Origin: Candidatus Falkowbacteria bacterium
GTDB taxonomy: Bacteria; Patescibacteriota; Patescibacteriia; Patescibacteriales; WJLG01
DNA length: 64,000 bases
NCBI GenBank assembly: GCA_963747695.1
Contig: CAVVFV010000010.1
Location: 325,618 to 389,617, forward strand
Reading direction: 5' to 3'
The translations under genes were made by a program, and so were the position numbers. Shown here piece by piece: positions 1 to 8,536 of this stretch (position 1 is the first letter of the stretch; each line of letters opens with the position of its first letter). Under the pieces are notes generated by a model that was not told the origin of the DNA, ran no database searches, and saw nothing but the letters and a program-made list of their open reading frames with translations.

Positions 1-660
1 AGTTACCAGCAACCAATAAAGAGTTAGCCCGCCCGGCAAGCTGATACCGATAAAAACCGTGAAGAGCGGCATAAAATAAAGCATTTGCTTATTCAGCATA
101 GCGGTCATATTCTCATCCTGGGCGCCCTTGGTGCTAATGGGCGCTTTCTTGGTGTACATCATTTTTGCCTGGAAAAATTGGGCGGCGCCGGCCAAAACCG
201 CCAAAATCCAATTCGGCTTGGATAAATTGAGGAAACCAAAGGAAATGACATTGATAACGTCGGGCTTGGCGATAAAAGGATAGACCAAATTCAGCGATCC
301 CTTCATCAGACCGGTACGAAAAACCTGATAGACGGCGATCAGGAACGGGAGCTGGATCAAGAGCGGCAAGCAGGACGAAAGGGGATTAATCTTATTATCC
401 TGATAAAGTTTGATCATCGCCTTGCCCTGTTCTTCCTTGCCCGGGAATTGCTTCTTGATTTCTTCGATCTTCGGCTGTAAATCCTGCAAAGCTTTCTGGG
501 ACACAATCGATTGTTTAGAGAGCGGCAGCAAAATCACCCTGATAATGATAGTTAAAAGGATGATGGCAATGCCGATGTCGTGCCCGGGGATGACGTCATA
601 GAGCCAAATCAAAAGATTGAGCAGCGGCTGGTAAAAAATTATTGTCAGTAGGTGAACCAT
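1..660 (-). CDS. yidC: Membrane protein insertase YidC (C-terminus cut by the window edge)
   Basis: Absent from the ORF track because it runs off the left edge. Minus-strand ATG at 658-660. My translation is MVHLLTIIFYQPLLNLLIWLYDVIPGHDIGIAIILLTIIIRVILLPLSKQSIVSQKALQDLQPKIEEIKKQF...NPLSSCLPLLIQLPFLIAVYQVF, a YidC/Oxa1 core. Synteny with yidD-rnpA-rpmH supports the call. Confidence 0.9.
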   Translation of the reverse strand, partial: MVHLLTIIFYQPLLNLLIWLYDVIPGHDIGIAIILLTIIIRVILLPLSKQSIVSQKALQDLQPKIEEIKKQFPGKEEQGKAMIKLYQDNKINPLSSCLPLLIQLPFLIAVYQVFRTGLMKGSLNLVYPFIAKPDVINVISFGFLNLSKPNWILAVLAGAAQFFQAKMMYTKKAPISTKGAQDENMTAMLNKQMLYFMPLFTVFIGISLPGGLTLYWLLVT

Positions 661-737
661 TTAATAGCAGTTAAGAATTAAGAGATAAGAGAGAAAAATT
701 TTCAAAATTTATCTCCTATCTCTTCTCTCTTATCTTA

Positions 738-1001
738 TTATGCTGGGTCGATACCGCCTTTATTCCAAGGATTACAACGTAAAATGCGCCAACAAGCCTT
801 GATTCCGCCCCGGACCAAACCATATTTTTCAAGAGCATTGATGGCATATTCGGAACAGGTGGGATGAAAGCGGCATCGTCCGTAAGGCGCCAAAACCTTT
901 AAAGGACCGTGATCCAAAGATAAAGTACGCTGATAAAACCGAATAGCCTGGATGACGATCAACGAGGAATAATGATTAAGCTGGCGAATTAAGCTTTTCA
1001 T
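738..1001 (-). CDS. yidD: Membrane protein insertion efficiency factor YidD
   Basis: 87 aa with the YidD signature [19 protein letters not shown]. Lies between yidC and rnpA. Confidence 0.9.
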   Translation of the reverse strand: MKSLIRQLNHYSSLIVIQAIRFYQRTLSLDHGPLKVLAPYGRCRFHPTCSEYAINALEKYGLVRGGIKACWRILRCNPWNKGGIDPA

Positions 1002-1047
1002 ACTTTACTAGCGGGCATTGCAGGCTAAAGGCTTAAACAGCTCGCCT

Positions 1048-1386
1048 TCATAATATTCTCAATCTTTTCAAATTATCAAGCAGAGATTTTTGCAGCTGAG
1101 AGAATTCAGTCCCTTTGGCCGCGGGCAGCACAGTGATCACGATATCAAACCCCGGTTTCAAATTCGCGATCTCGGCGCGCAATATTTCCCGGATTCGCCG
1201 TTTGATCTTGTTGCGCTCCACGGCTTTCTTGCTCACTTTCAAGCCGATCATTATTCCCAGGCGGTTTTCCTGGCGGCCGGAAGCCAAAACCTTGACCCCC
1301 ATCAACTTATCAAAATTCGACCGCCCTTTTTGCCAAACGGCGTCAAAATCCTTTTTCTTTAGTAAACGATTGGCTTTTTTTAACAT
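1048..1386 (-). CDS. rnpA: Ribonuclease P protein component
   Basis: 112-aa basic protein (KKAVERNKIKRRIREILR) immediately downstream of rpmH on the same strand. Confidence 0.9.
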   Translation of the reverse strand: MLKKANRLLKKKDFDAVWQKGRSNFDKLMGVKVLASGRQENRLGIMIGLKVSKKAVERNKIKRRIREILRAEIANLKPGFDIVITVLPAAKGTEFSQLQKSLLDNLKRLRIL

Positions 1387-1437
1387 TTAAACCGAAATGC
1401 CACGGCCGAGAGCCGTAGCATCAAAATGGTAATCTCT

Positions 1438-1578
1438 TTATTTAGATAATCTTTTGCGGCCCCTGTCGCGTCGTCTCTTTAAGACGTTGCGCCCGTTTTT
1501 GGTTCTCATTCTTTTACGAAAACCGTGCTTCTTTTTCGCCCTTCTCGCGTTAGGCTGGTAAGTTCTTTTAGTCGACAT
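1438..1578 (-). CDS. rpmH: 50S ribosomal protein L34
   Basis: Too short for the ORF track. My translation is [46 protein letters not shown] (46 aa). Conserved position upstream of rnpA. Confidence 0.9.
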   Translation of the reverse strand: MSTKRTYQPNARRAKKKHGFRKRMRTKNGRNVLKRRRDRGRKRLSK

Positions 1579-1695
1579 AGATCAAATCGTTCGTTTAATT
1601 TTAATTTAATCTCACTATAACACGGCAAAATTGATTAGTCAATCATTCGCGGCCCGTTCGATATTTTTTTTACTATCTTGCCAAAAGACCGCTTT

Positions 1696-1706
1696 TGCTA
1701 TATAAT
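1696..1706 (+). promoter_or_regulatory. Extended -10-like promoter element (TGcTATATAAT) upstream of the DksA/TraR-like gene
   Basis: tgctatataat lies about 70 nt upstream of the ATG at 1777. The same TGnTATAAT style recurs upstream of many genes in this window. Confidence 0.35.
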
Positions 1707-1776
1707 AGAGTTTGACAAATATAAATTTGGCGAAGAAAAACTTTGCTTAAGGCTCAGTTTTTTTAAGTTTAATTTT

Positions 1777-2172
1777 ATGACCAAGGAAACCAAGCAAGGT
1801 TTAGACAAGGAAACTCTGGAAAAAATCAAAAAGGATCTTACTGAGCGGAAAGAAAAAATTCTGGCCGATTTAGGCGAGATCGCCAAGAAGGATCCGAAAT
1901 TGGGCGAAGATGAATATAAGCCGGCTTTCCCCGAATACGGCGACAAACCCGATGAAAATGCCCAGGAGATCGCCGAATATACCACCAACTTGGCCGAAGA
2001 GGATATGCTGGAAAAAACTTTGCGCGATATCGATTCGGCTTTGGACCGGATCAAAAAAGGTACTTACGGTATTTGTAAATATTGCAGCAAGCCGATCGAC
2101 CCGCGCCGCCTGATGGCCCAGCCGACCGCCGGCGCCTGCATCGATTGCAAGACCAAATTGCAAAACAGCTAA
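1777..2172 (+). CDS. DksA/TraR-family C4 zinc-finger protein
   Basis: C-terminal CKYCSKPIDPRRLMAQPTAGACIDCK (CxxC-N17-CxxC) follows an acidic coiled-coil region. I chose the internal ATG at 1777 (MTKETKQ...) rather than the track start at 1678. Confidence 0.8.
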   Translation: MTKETKQGLDKETLEKIKKDLTERKEKILADLGEIAKKDPKLGEDEYKPAFPEYGDKPDENAQEIAEYTTNLAEEDMLEKTLRDIDSALDRIKKGTYGICKYCSKPIDPRRLMAQPTAGACIDCKTKLQNS

Positions 2173-2180
2173 TAATTTTA

Positions 2181-2248
2181 TTCCCCTCCAGGGAGGGGTG
2201 GCTCGCGCCGCCTTGTCCGCCTCGGGCGGAGCGAGACGGGGTGGGTTT
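2181..2248 (+). repeat. E1 GC-rich palindromic repeat, copy 1 (long variant)
   Basis: ttcccctccagggaggggtggctcgcgccgcc..ggcggagcgagacggggtgggt. It shares the CCCCTC/GAGGGG hairpin and the GGGGTGGGT tail with five other copies. Intergenic, 9 nt after the stop codon. Confidence 0.8.
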
Positions 2249-2273
2249 AAACCGGGGAAACACCGAGTAGCAA

Positions 2274-2756
2274 ATGGAAACGACTTCTAAAAATAAACGC
2301 ATATCAATTAAGACGGTTATCTTTATCATTCTGGCCGTCTTTTTTGTTATCGCCGACCGTTTTCTGACGGTTCTTTCATTCAACGGGTTACTTGACCGGC
2401 CGATCCCGATCATTGGTAACTTTTTCACCTTAAATTTCGTAAAAAATTTTTATATCGCCTTTTCCATACCTTTTTCCGGCCCCCTCCTCACCGCCTTGAT
2501 TGGCGCAATAATCCTAGCTTTGCTGATTTATTGGATAAAATTATTTATTCCTTATTCCCGATTTGCTATTCCGAATTCCGTTCTTGCCCCCTTGACAATA
2601 TTAATATTGGGTGCTATTCTTAATTTTACTGATCGTATCTTATATGGCTTTGTAATCGATTATTTCTCCCTGCAATATTTTACAGTATTCAATTTAGCCG
2701 ATATAATGATCACTCTTTCAATTGCCTGGATGATCTTTACCATAAGGAAAAAATAA
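2274..2756 (+). CDS. lspA: Lipoprotein signal peptidase (signal peptidase II)
   Basis: Multi-TM 160-aa protein with NFTDRILYGFVIDYF and FNLADIMI, which are LspA catalytic-region motifs. Confidence 0.8.
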   Translation: METTSKNKRISIKTVIFIILAVFFVIADRFLTVLSFNGLLDRPIPIIGNFFTLNFVKNFYIAFSIPFSGPLLTALIGAIILALLIYWIKLFIPYSRFAIPNSVLAPLTILILGAILNFTDRILYGFVIDYFSLQYFTVFNLADIMITLSIAWMIFTIRKK

Positions 2757-2757
2757 T

Positions 2758-2988
2758 ATGAAGATTCAAATCTCAAATCAAATGAAAAGAGAGATGGAGA
2801 CGGCCGCGCAAAGAATTTTGAGCGGCGAACTAACCAAGCTGACGCTTCCGAGCAATGGGGCGATTGAACTTTCAGCGACCGACAATGGTGGAGAAAAAAT
2901 CGAGTTGGCCGGCGGAGCGGTTTATGTCCGATGCGACGAGATTCTTGGCAACACCCCTTTGTCGGACAGGAAAATGATCAATCAGTAA
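2758..2988 (+). CDS. Hypothetical small protein
   Basis: 76-aa ORF whose start overlaps the lspA stop (ataATAtg). I recognise no motif. Confidence 0.45.
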   Translation: MKIQISNQMKREMETAAQRILSGELTKLTLPSNGAIELSATDNGGEKIELAGGAVYVRCDEILGNTPLSDRKMINQ

Positions 2989-3030
2989 CAAAGGGGAGGA
3001 CTAGGCTTTTCCCCTTTTTTGATAAGCAAT

Positions 3031-3732
3031 ATGGAAACTTTTTACATCAACCCGGAAAACAAAACCGAGCAAGAAGGCGGCCGGATGGAAACGGCGATTT
3101 TCAATGAAGATCATATTGAAAAAACTGTCGAAAAAATAAGAAAGTCGGGAAAAAAATTGGGCGAAGGAAACTACGCTTCAGTTTTAACTTTGTCTGATTC
3201 TTCAAACTATTGCGTCAAAGTAAATAAGGCCAATTCGGGCGACGAAAACGATCCGATCGAAGAGCTTGATTTTATGGAAGTCGCCAGGGACATGGGCATT
3301 AACACGCCGACGCCCCGCGCACTGGTTATTGACGGCGAAGGAGAAAATAAAAAAATTTACACTTTCATGGACACCATTGACGGCCTAAGTTTGCGCAGCA
3401 TCATGGAATCTGATTCGCTGAAAAAAATTCCGGACTACTTTAATTTTTTTGATTTCTTTGAAAAGCTTGAGGCCGATGTAAAAAAAATGAACGAATCAAT
3501 CTATCACCGCGATATCAAGCCGGAAAATATATTGCTTGATAAAAACGGCAATCATTGTATTATCGATTTCGGCCAGTCAAAATGGATTAAAGACTTACAT
3601 TTGAATGAAAATATGACGTTTGCCGGAGATTTAACTAATCTGCGTAAAACCAAACTGCTATTTGCCGATTTTCTAAAAAGCAAGAAGATGGATTTAAAGA
3701 AACAAAGCGAATTACATCAACAAAAAAAATAG
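3031..3732 (+). CDS. Small Hanks-type Ser/Thr protein kinase-like protein
   Basis: Catalytic loop YHRDIKPENILLD and an IIDFG (DFG) motif. The ATG at 3031 is preferred over the TTG at 3019 used by the track. Confidence 0.7.
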   Translation: METFYINPENKTEQEGGRMETAIFNEDHIEKTVEKIRKSGKKLGEGNYASVLTLSDSSNYCVKVNKANSGDENDPIEELDFMEVARDMGINTPTPRALVIDGEGENKKIYTFMDTIDGLSLRSIMESDSLKKIPDYFNFFDFFEKLEADVKKMNESIYHRDIKPENILLDKNGNHCIIDFGQSKWIKDLHLNENMTFAGDLTNLRKTKLLFADFLKSKKMDLKKQSELHQQKK

Positions 3733-3753
3733 ACTCTCTGACAGGCAGAGAGT

Positions 3754-4191
3754 CTATTTTATTTCGACCATTCTTCTTTCTTTCCCGAGGTGCGCAATTT
3801 TGATCGTTTTTTTCCTCTTCGTTAATGACCCTTTTACTTTCTCCGGCCACTCGATCAAACAGACCGAATCTTGATCGCCAAGATAATCCCCGGCGCCGAT
3901 CGCGGCTAAGTCGCGGGCGGATTTCAGGCGATAGGCATCGATGTGACAGAGGTGTTTGATGGTCGGATTGTTTTTTACCGGATAGATTTTCATCAAGACG
4001 AAAGTCGGACTGTTGATATTACGCTTGATGCCCAGCCCCAAAGCAAAGCCGCGGGCAAAGACAGTTTTTCCCGCGCCCAAGTCTCCGGACAAAGTATAGA
4101 CCTCGCCGCCTAGAGCACGCTTGGCCATGGTTTTGGCCAGCGCAATCGTTTCTTTTTCCGAATGAGTAATTTTTTTCATTTTATGTTTCAC
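3754..4191 (-). CDS. tsaE: tRNA t6A37 biosynthesis ATPase TsaE
   Basis: GDLGAGKTVFARGFA Walker A plus SPTFVLMKIY, the TsaE/YjeE signature. Confidence 0.85.
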   Translation of the reverse strand: MKHKMKKITHSEKETIALAKTMAKRALGGEVYTLSGDLGAGKTVFARGFALGLGIKRNINSPTFVLMKIYPVKNNPTIKHLCHIDAYRLKSARDLAAIGAGDYLGDQDSVCLIEWPEKVKGSLTKRKKTIKIAHLGKERRMVEIK

Positions 4192-5881
4192 CTAAAATTC
4201 TGATGATCGAGCAGAATGGTCTAATGGCTTTTAAAGCCGCTTCGATTTTTTTATCCTTGGGCAATCCCTGCAATTCGACGAAAAAATAATAGTCCCAGGC
4301 TTCCGCAGCCGTCGCTTTGGAATGAAGCTTGGTCAGGTTGATATTCCGCTGGGCAAATTCGTTAAGGATGTCGCGCAGGATGCCGGGACGGTCATAAACC
4401 GCCAAGAGCAGCAGGGTTTTATCCGCGCCCAATTTCTCGGACAATTGCGGGGAATCTTTTTTGGCAATGATGTAAAACTGGGTGAGATTATTTTTTTTGT
4501 CTTCGATATTTTCAAACAAAATTTCCAAGTGATATTTTTCGGCCGCGATCCGGCTGCCGATAAAAGCGACACTGGGGTCGTTACTGGAAAGGATCGCCTG
4601 CACGGTGCTGGACTCGACTTCCAGTTTTGCGGCGGGAAAATTCTGATCAAGCCAATTCCGCGCCTGGGCCAATGGCTGGGCATGCGACTTGACCACTTTG
4701 ATCTGTCGGGCATCTTTGGTCCGCGCCAAAAAATACAAATGCACCGGTAATTCATAAGAACCGACGATCCGCAGCGGATGCCGGACCAGATTGTCCATGG
4801 TTTCCTGGATCACTCCTTCGGTCGAATTTTCCGCCGGCACAATGCCGAAAATCGCTTCGTCATTGGTTACGGCGCTAAAAACTTCAGTGATGGTCGAGCA
4901 AGGCATTTCTTCGGTCGCGCCGGGAAAAACATCGCGCGCCGCTTGATGCGAAAAGGTTCCTTCCGGACCCAAATAGGCGATTTTCCCTCGCAAATTATCC
5001 AATTTGATCGTGCCGGCATTTTTTTTCAATTCCACCGGCTGGCGATCGAGCAAGGCGATCAATTCCACCGCCTTAGCCTGCGCGATGGGAATAAAACTCT
5101 CCATCGCCGCCGCGGTTTCGGCGAAACCGGCGACAAAACCGGTCCGGTCTTTTTTCGCCAACTGCTTGATAATTTTTTTCGCTTCGCCCAAAAATTCTTC
5201 GGTCAAAGCGGCAAAAAAAGGATTGGCCATTTCCAGATCGGCATATAGTTCGGGATTGCCGCCTAAAACTCGACCGGCCACGACGCTCTGCAACCGGAAA
5301 ACCGGCGTGGAAAAAACATTGAGCAGTTCAAAATCCTGTTTCTGGATCGTCCGCGCAAAAATTATATTGATAAAATGAGTAAAGGCTTGAACCACGGCCA
5401 TCTGCCGGTCATGATCAGCCGGCGAGCTATAAATTAGTTTTGCTCCGTTATCTTTAAAAAGTTTGGCCAAATATTTTGTCCACTGATTATCCCGGCCGGA
5501 GCAGAAAACTATCACCTGCTTTTCCAGATTCGACACCAGCGGACCGAAGAGGGGATGCATCCCGGTCACGCCGCAGTCCGATTTGGTTTTCATCATTTCG
5601 GCCATTGGCAATTCTTTGAGCGAGGTTAAATCGCAAAGCAAGGCCGCGGGGCGGACTTCGTCGCGGATTTCCCTAATCACTGCCGTGACGGCCGGGATCG
5701 GCACGCAGATAATGACGATATCGCATTTTTTCGCCAACTGTTTGGGAGTCAATTCGGTTTTCCTGCCCGACACTAAAACTTCGAGTCCTACACCCGCAAA
5801 AAAACTCTTGAACCAGCCGCCTAAACGGCCATTGCCGCCGATAATTCCGATCAGCGGTTTTTTATGATCGATTTTTTTCAT
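4181..5881 (-). CDS. Fused prephenate dehydrogenase (TyrA-like N-half) / prephenate dehydratase with ACT domain (PheA-like C-half)
   Basis: N-half has IGIIGGNGRLGG (Rossmann), GMHPLFGP and PADHDRQMAVVQAFTHF. C-half has KIAYLGPEGTFSHQAA, PAENSTEG and an ACT-like LLLAVYDRPGILRDILNEF. Confidence 0.85.
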   Translation of the reverse strand: MKKIDHKKPLIGIIGGNGRLGGWFKSFFAGVGLEVLVSGRKTELTPKQLAKKCDIVIICVPIPAVTAVIREIRDEVRPAALLCDLTSLKELPMAEMMKTKSDCGVTGMHPLFGPLVSNLEKQVIVFCSGRDNQWTKYLAKLFKDNGAKLIYSSPADHDRQMAVVQAFTHFINIIFARTIQKQDFELLNVFSTPVFRLQSVVAGRVLGGNPELYADLEMANPFFAALTEEFLGEAKKIIKQLAKKDRTGFVAGFAETAAAMESFIPIAQAKAVELIALLDRQPVELKKNAGTIKLDNLRGKIAYLGPEGTFSHQAARDVFPGATEEMPCSTITEVFSAVTNDEAIFGIVPAENSTEGVIQETMDNLVRHPLRIVGSYELPVHLYFLARTKDARQIKVVKSHAQPLAQARNWLDQNFPAAKLEVESSTVQAILSSNDPSVAFIGSRIAAEKYHLEILFENIEDKKNNLTQFYIIAKKDSPQLSEKLGADKTLLLLAVYDRPGILRDILNEFAQRNINLTKLHSKATAAEAWDYYFFVELQGLPKDKKIEAALKAIRPFCSIIRILGET

Positions 5882-5887
5882 CGCTTC

Positions 5888-6781
5888 TTATTTATTTACA
5901 AAATCCAGCCAGGAAAGATATTTCTTGTTTTGGCCGTGGATGGCTGCCTGAAAGGCTTTAGCCAGCTCGGCGGTTACCTTGGACTTTTTAGCATAAGCCA
6001 CCCGGCCAATCTTGCCAATCGCGGTTATTTCCGCCGCCGTCCCGGTAAAGAAGGCTTCATCGAATTTTTTCAATTCGGCGAGCTGGATATCTTTTTCCAC
6101 GACTTTATATTTTAAATCCTTGGCAATTCTGATTATCGAATCTCGGGTGATGCCCGGTAGTATCGATCCTTTTTTAGGCGTGATCACGGTTTTGCCGCGG
6201 ACGAAAAAAATATTTTCTCCCGGCCCTTCGGCAATAAAGCCTCTCGTGTCAAGCAGCACCGCTTCATCGGCCTGATGCTTATGGGCATCAAGGGAAGCGA
6301 GAATCGAATTAAAATAATAGCCGGTAACCTTGGCAGTCATCATCCCGGACCTGGGGTGCAGCCGGATGAATTTAGAAATATGCACTTTGACTTTGTCGTG
6401 ACCCAGATATTTTCCCCAAGGCCAGGCGGCAATGGCCAGCTCAACCGGCGCGCCCACCGGCGAAAGCCCCATTTTTTCTCCGTAAAAAATCAGCGGGCGG
6501 ATATAGCACTCTTGCAATTTATTTTTTCTGATCAACTCTTCGGTCGCGCGGATAATTTCCGCCCGGGAATAACCGATCTTCATCCCCATCACCTCCGCCG
6601 AATGGAACAGGCGATCGACATGTTCTTCAAACCGGAAAATTGCCGGCCCTCGTGACGTATCGTAACAGCGGATCCCTTCGAAAACTCCGCTGCCATAATG
6701 CAGACTATGAGATAACAGCGGCACTTTAGCCGATTTAAGGGAAATAAATTTCCCATCTAACCAAACCAGATTATTTTTCAT
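5888..6781 (-). CDS. ilvE: Class IV (branched-chain-type) aminotransferase
   Basis: 297 aa with FEGIRCY, EAVLLDTRGFIAEGPGENIFFV and LPGITR motifs. Confidence 0.8.
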   Translation of the reverse strand: MKNNLVWLDGKFISLKSAKVPLLSHSLHYGSGVFEGIRCYDTSRGPAIFRFEEHVDRLFHSAEVMGMKIGYSRAEIIRATEELIRKNKLQECYIRPLIFYGEKMGLSPVGAPVELAIAAWPWGKYLGHDKVKVHISKFIRLHPRSGMMTAKVTGYYFNSILASLDAHKHQADEAVLLDTRGFIAEGPGENIFFVRGKTVITPKKGSILPGITRDSIIRIAKDLKYKVVEKDIQLAELKKFDEAFFTGTAAEITAIGKIGRVAYAKKSKVTAELAKAFQAAIHGQNKKYLSWLDFVNK

Positions 6782-6895
6782 ATTACCTAAAATTATTGAA
6801 TTATCTGAGATTTATTATACCTTCCCAGCGTGGCCAGGTCAAAATAAAAACATCCTGCCTAGGTCGGATGTTTAATCTTCTTAGTGGGCAATATA

Positions 6896-6940
6896 GGACT
6901 CGCCAGTGGATGAACCCCCGGCGCCCGGTCGGACTTGCCC
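6896..6940 (-). repeat. tRNA-associated double-hairpin element, copy A (5'-truncated, degenerate)
   Basis: Minus-sense gtccgaccgggcgccgggggttcatccactggcgagtcc matches copies at 23224-23270 and 55761-55806. It is flanked by gggcaa (6886-6891) and ttgccc (6935-6940). Confidence 0.6.
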
Positions 6941-6960
6941 CGCCCCATTTACGTTTTTTG

Positions 6961-7034
6961 TGGATCCAGTAGGATTTGAACCTACGACCTCCTCGGTGTA
7001 AACGAGGCGCTCTAACCAGCTGAGCTATAGATCC
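6961..7034 (-). tRNA. tRNA-Val (anticodon TAC)
   Basis: Hand-folded cloverleaf: GGATCTA/TGGATCC acceptor, GCTC-AGCTGGTTA-GAGC D arm, CCTCG-TTTACAC-CGAGG anticodon arm, GTAGG-TTCAAAT-CCTAC T arm. 74 nt, no encoded CCA. Confidence 0.9.
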
Positions 7035-7049
7035 CCATTATTAAATAAT

Positions 7050-7204
7050 GGTAATTAGACAAATGGGGCGGGGTGAATAAACCGGATGCTCTAACCCGCC
7101 TCGACGAGCTGAAACTCGTCTTCGGCGAGGCGGGCCAACTGAGCTAATTACCCTGAATGCTCCCTGTCCCGCCGTGGCGGGATAACCAGTTGAGCTATAA
7201 GCCC
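7050..7204 (-). pseudogene. Two tRNA 5'-fragments (D-arm consensus) interrupted by GC-rich hairpins
   Basis: Minus-sense GGGCTTATAGCTCAACTGGTTA (7204-7183) is followed by hairpin cccgccacggcggg. GGGTAATTAGCTCAGTTGG (7153-7135) is followed by a 40-nt hairpin (7095-7134), then TTAGAGCATCCGGTTTAT. Neither fragment completes a cloverleaf. Confidence 0.45.
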
Positions 7205-7208
7205 AAAA

Positions 7209-7715
7209 CTATCTTATATACAAATAGATTTTCGGTTGTTCGGGAAGGCTGTCGACTTGGGCCGGGGTCCAGCCCGGCATCGGCCAAGTGTAACAAATTA
7301 CTCTGGCGCCCGGCTTCAATTCCTTTTCCATCTTTACCCGCAATTTTTGCATGATGCGCGGCATCAGAAAAACAAAGATCGCGTCGGCTTCCCCCAAATT
7401 TATCCCCCAAAAATCGCGGAAATAAATTTTCGGCTTATCCTTGCCGCGGAAAAAAATAATCTTGAATTTAGCGATCAAATAGGGGAGCAAGGAAATTTCA
7501 AAGCCTTCGGATACGGCTCCGGCCGCCGCGGCGGCAAAAAGAGTCCGGCCGTCGCCCGCGCCAATGTCAAAAAATTTTTCTCCCGCTTTCAGCCTGGCCA
7601 GCTTGATCGCCCGCTCGACATCTTCCCGATACATCGGCAGCCAAGGAGCCGCCCGCCAAGCCGCGTAAACAAAGGTTAGCCCGAAAATAAAGACAATTAG
7701 ATAAATCCAAATCAT
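7209..7715 (-). CDS. Membrane-anchored class I SAM-dependent methyltransferase
   Basis: N-terminal TM helix followed by FFDIGAGDGRTLFAAA (motif I). Confidence 0.65.
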   Translation of the reverse strand: MIWIYLIVFIFGLTFVYAAWRAAPWLPMYREDVERAIKLARLKAGEKFFDIGAGDGRTLFAAAAAGAVSEGFEISLLPYLIAKFKIIFFRGKDKPKIYFRDFWGINLGEADAIFVFLMPRIMQKLRVKMEKELKPGARVICYTWPMPGWTPAQVDSLPEQPKIYLYIR

Positions 7716-7779
7716 AAAAAATATCCTAAATCAAGCGGCCTAAATAAAGATCTAAAATTGTAAATTGAAAGTAATTCTG

Positions 7780-7863
7780 TGCCCGAGAGGAGACTCGAAC
7801 TCCTAAGGCCTTGCGGCCGCTACCACCTCAAGGTAGTGCGTCTACCAATTTCGCCACCCGGGC
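7780..7863 (-). tRNA. tRNA-Leu (anticodon GAG)
   Basis: GCCCGGG/CTCGGGC acceptor, CTACC-TTGAGGT-GGTAG anticodon arm, long variable arm CGGCCGCAAGGCCTT, AGGAG-TTCGAGT-CTCCT T arm. 84 nt. Confidence 0.9.
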
Positions 7864-7867
7864 TATT

Positions 7868-7900
7868 CAAAAATGACCGTGTAAGTCACACGGTCATTTT
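7868..7900 (-). terminator. Intrinsic terminator after rplS
   Basis: Stem atgaccgtgt/acacggtcat with A/T runs on both sides, placed directly between the rplS stop (7904) and tRNA-Leu. Confidence 0.7.
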
Positions 7901-7903
7901 ATC

Positions 7904-8299
7904 TTAGTATGCTTTTTCTTTCAATCTCTTATTATACTCGCCGCGCAGATAATACAATTTGGATTTACGGACTTTCGCCTGTTTCTTGATGACGATCCGG
8001 TCAACCGTCGGAGCATGCAAAGGAAAAATCTTTTCCACGCCCACGCCTTCGGAAATCTTGCGAACCGTAATCGAAGCGCCGGCTTCGTTACCATGTTTCT
8101 TGGCGATAATCATACCATCAAAAAACTGCAAGCGTTCTTTTTCTTCGCCCTTGGCGTTCGTCTCTTTGATCTTCTGATAAACGCGGACGGTCATTCCCGG
8201 TTTCAATTCGGCAGGAACAGCCGCCTTGCCTTTAGTGTCTTTTTCTTCCGTCTTAGCCTTAACTTCAGCCTCGGCGGGAATATTTTTTTCTTCAGCCAT
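7904..8299 (-). CDS. rplS: 50S ribosomal protein L19
   Basis: [42 protein letters not shown]. The ATG at 8299 is preferred to the TTG at 8311. The N-terminal Lys/Glu-rich extension is longer than in E. coli L19. Confidence 0.9.
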   Translation of the reverse strand: MAEEKNIPAEAEVKAKTEEKDTKGKAAVPAELKPGMTVRVYQKIKETNAKGEEKERLQFFDGMIIAKKHGNEAGASITVRKISEGVGVEKIFPLHAPTVDRIVIKKQAKVRKSKLYYLRGEYNKRLKEKAY

Positions 8300-8536
8300 A
8301 TTTTTAATCAATTAAGAAATAAGAATTAAGAAATAAGAATTTTTTCAGCTGGCTCTTAATCTCCAATCTGATTTCTGTTATTTTTAATATAAAAAATAGA
8401 ATTCAGTGATTCTATTTGAGATTAACCCTTTAATTCAAATCTTTTTCAATATTATAACAAAAACTTCGGAATGTCAATGTTTTTGCATTATGGATCCAGA
8501 ACAAAACACAATTGGCTAAAATTAATCGTTTTCCCC

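Noticed and set aside
6938-7204. Intron-containing or split (Nanoarchaeum-like) tRNA genes
   Set aside because: I could not assemble any complete cloverleaf by removing the hairpins or joining fragments. The required anticodon-stem and T-arm 3' partners are missing. I therefore call them pseudogene fragments pending tRNA-seq.
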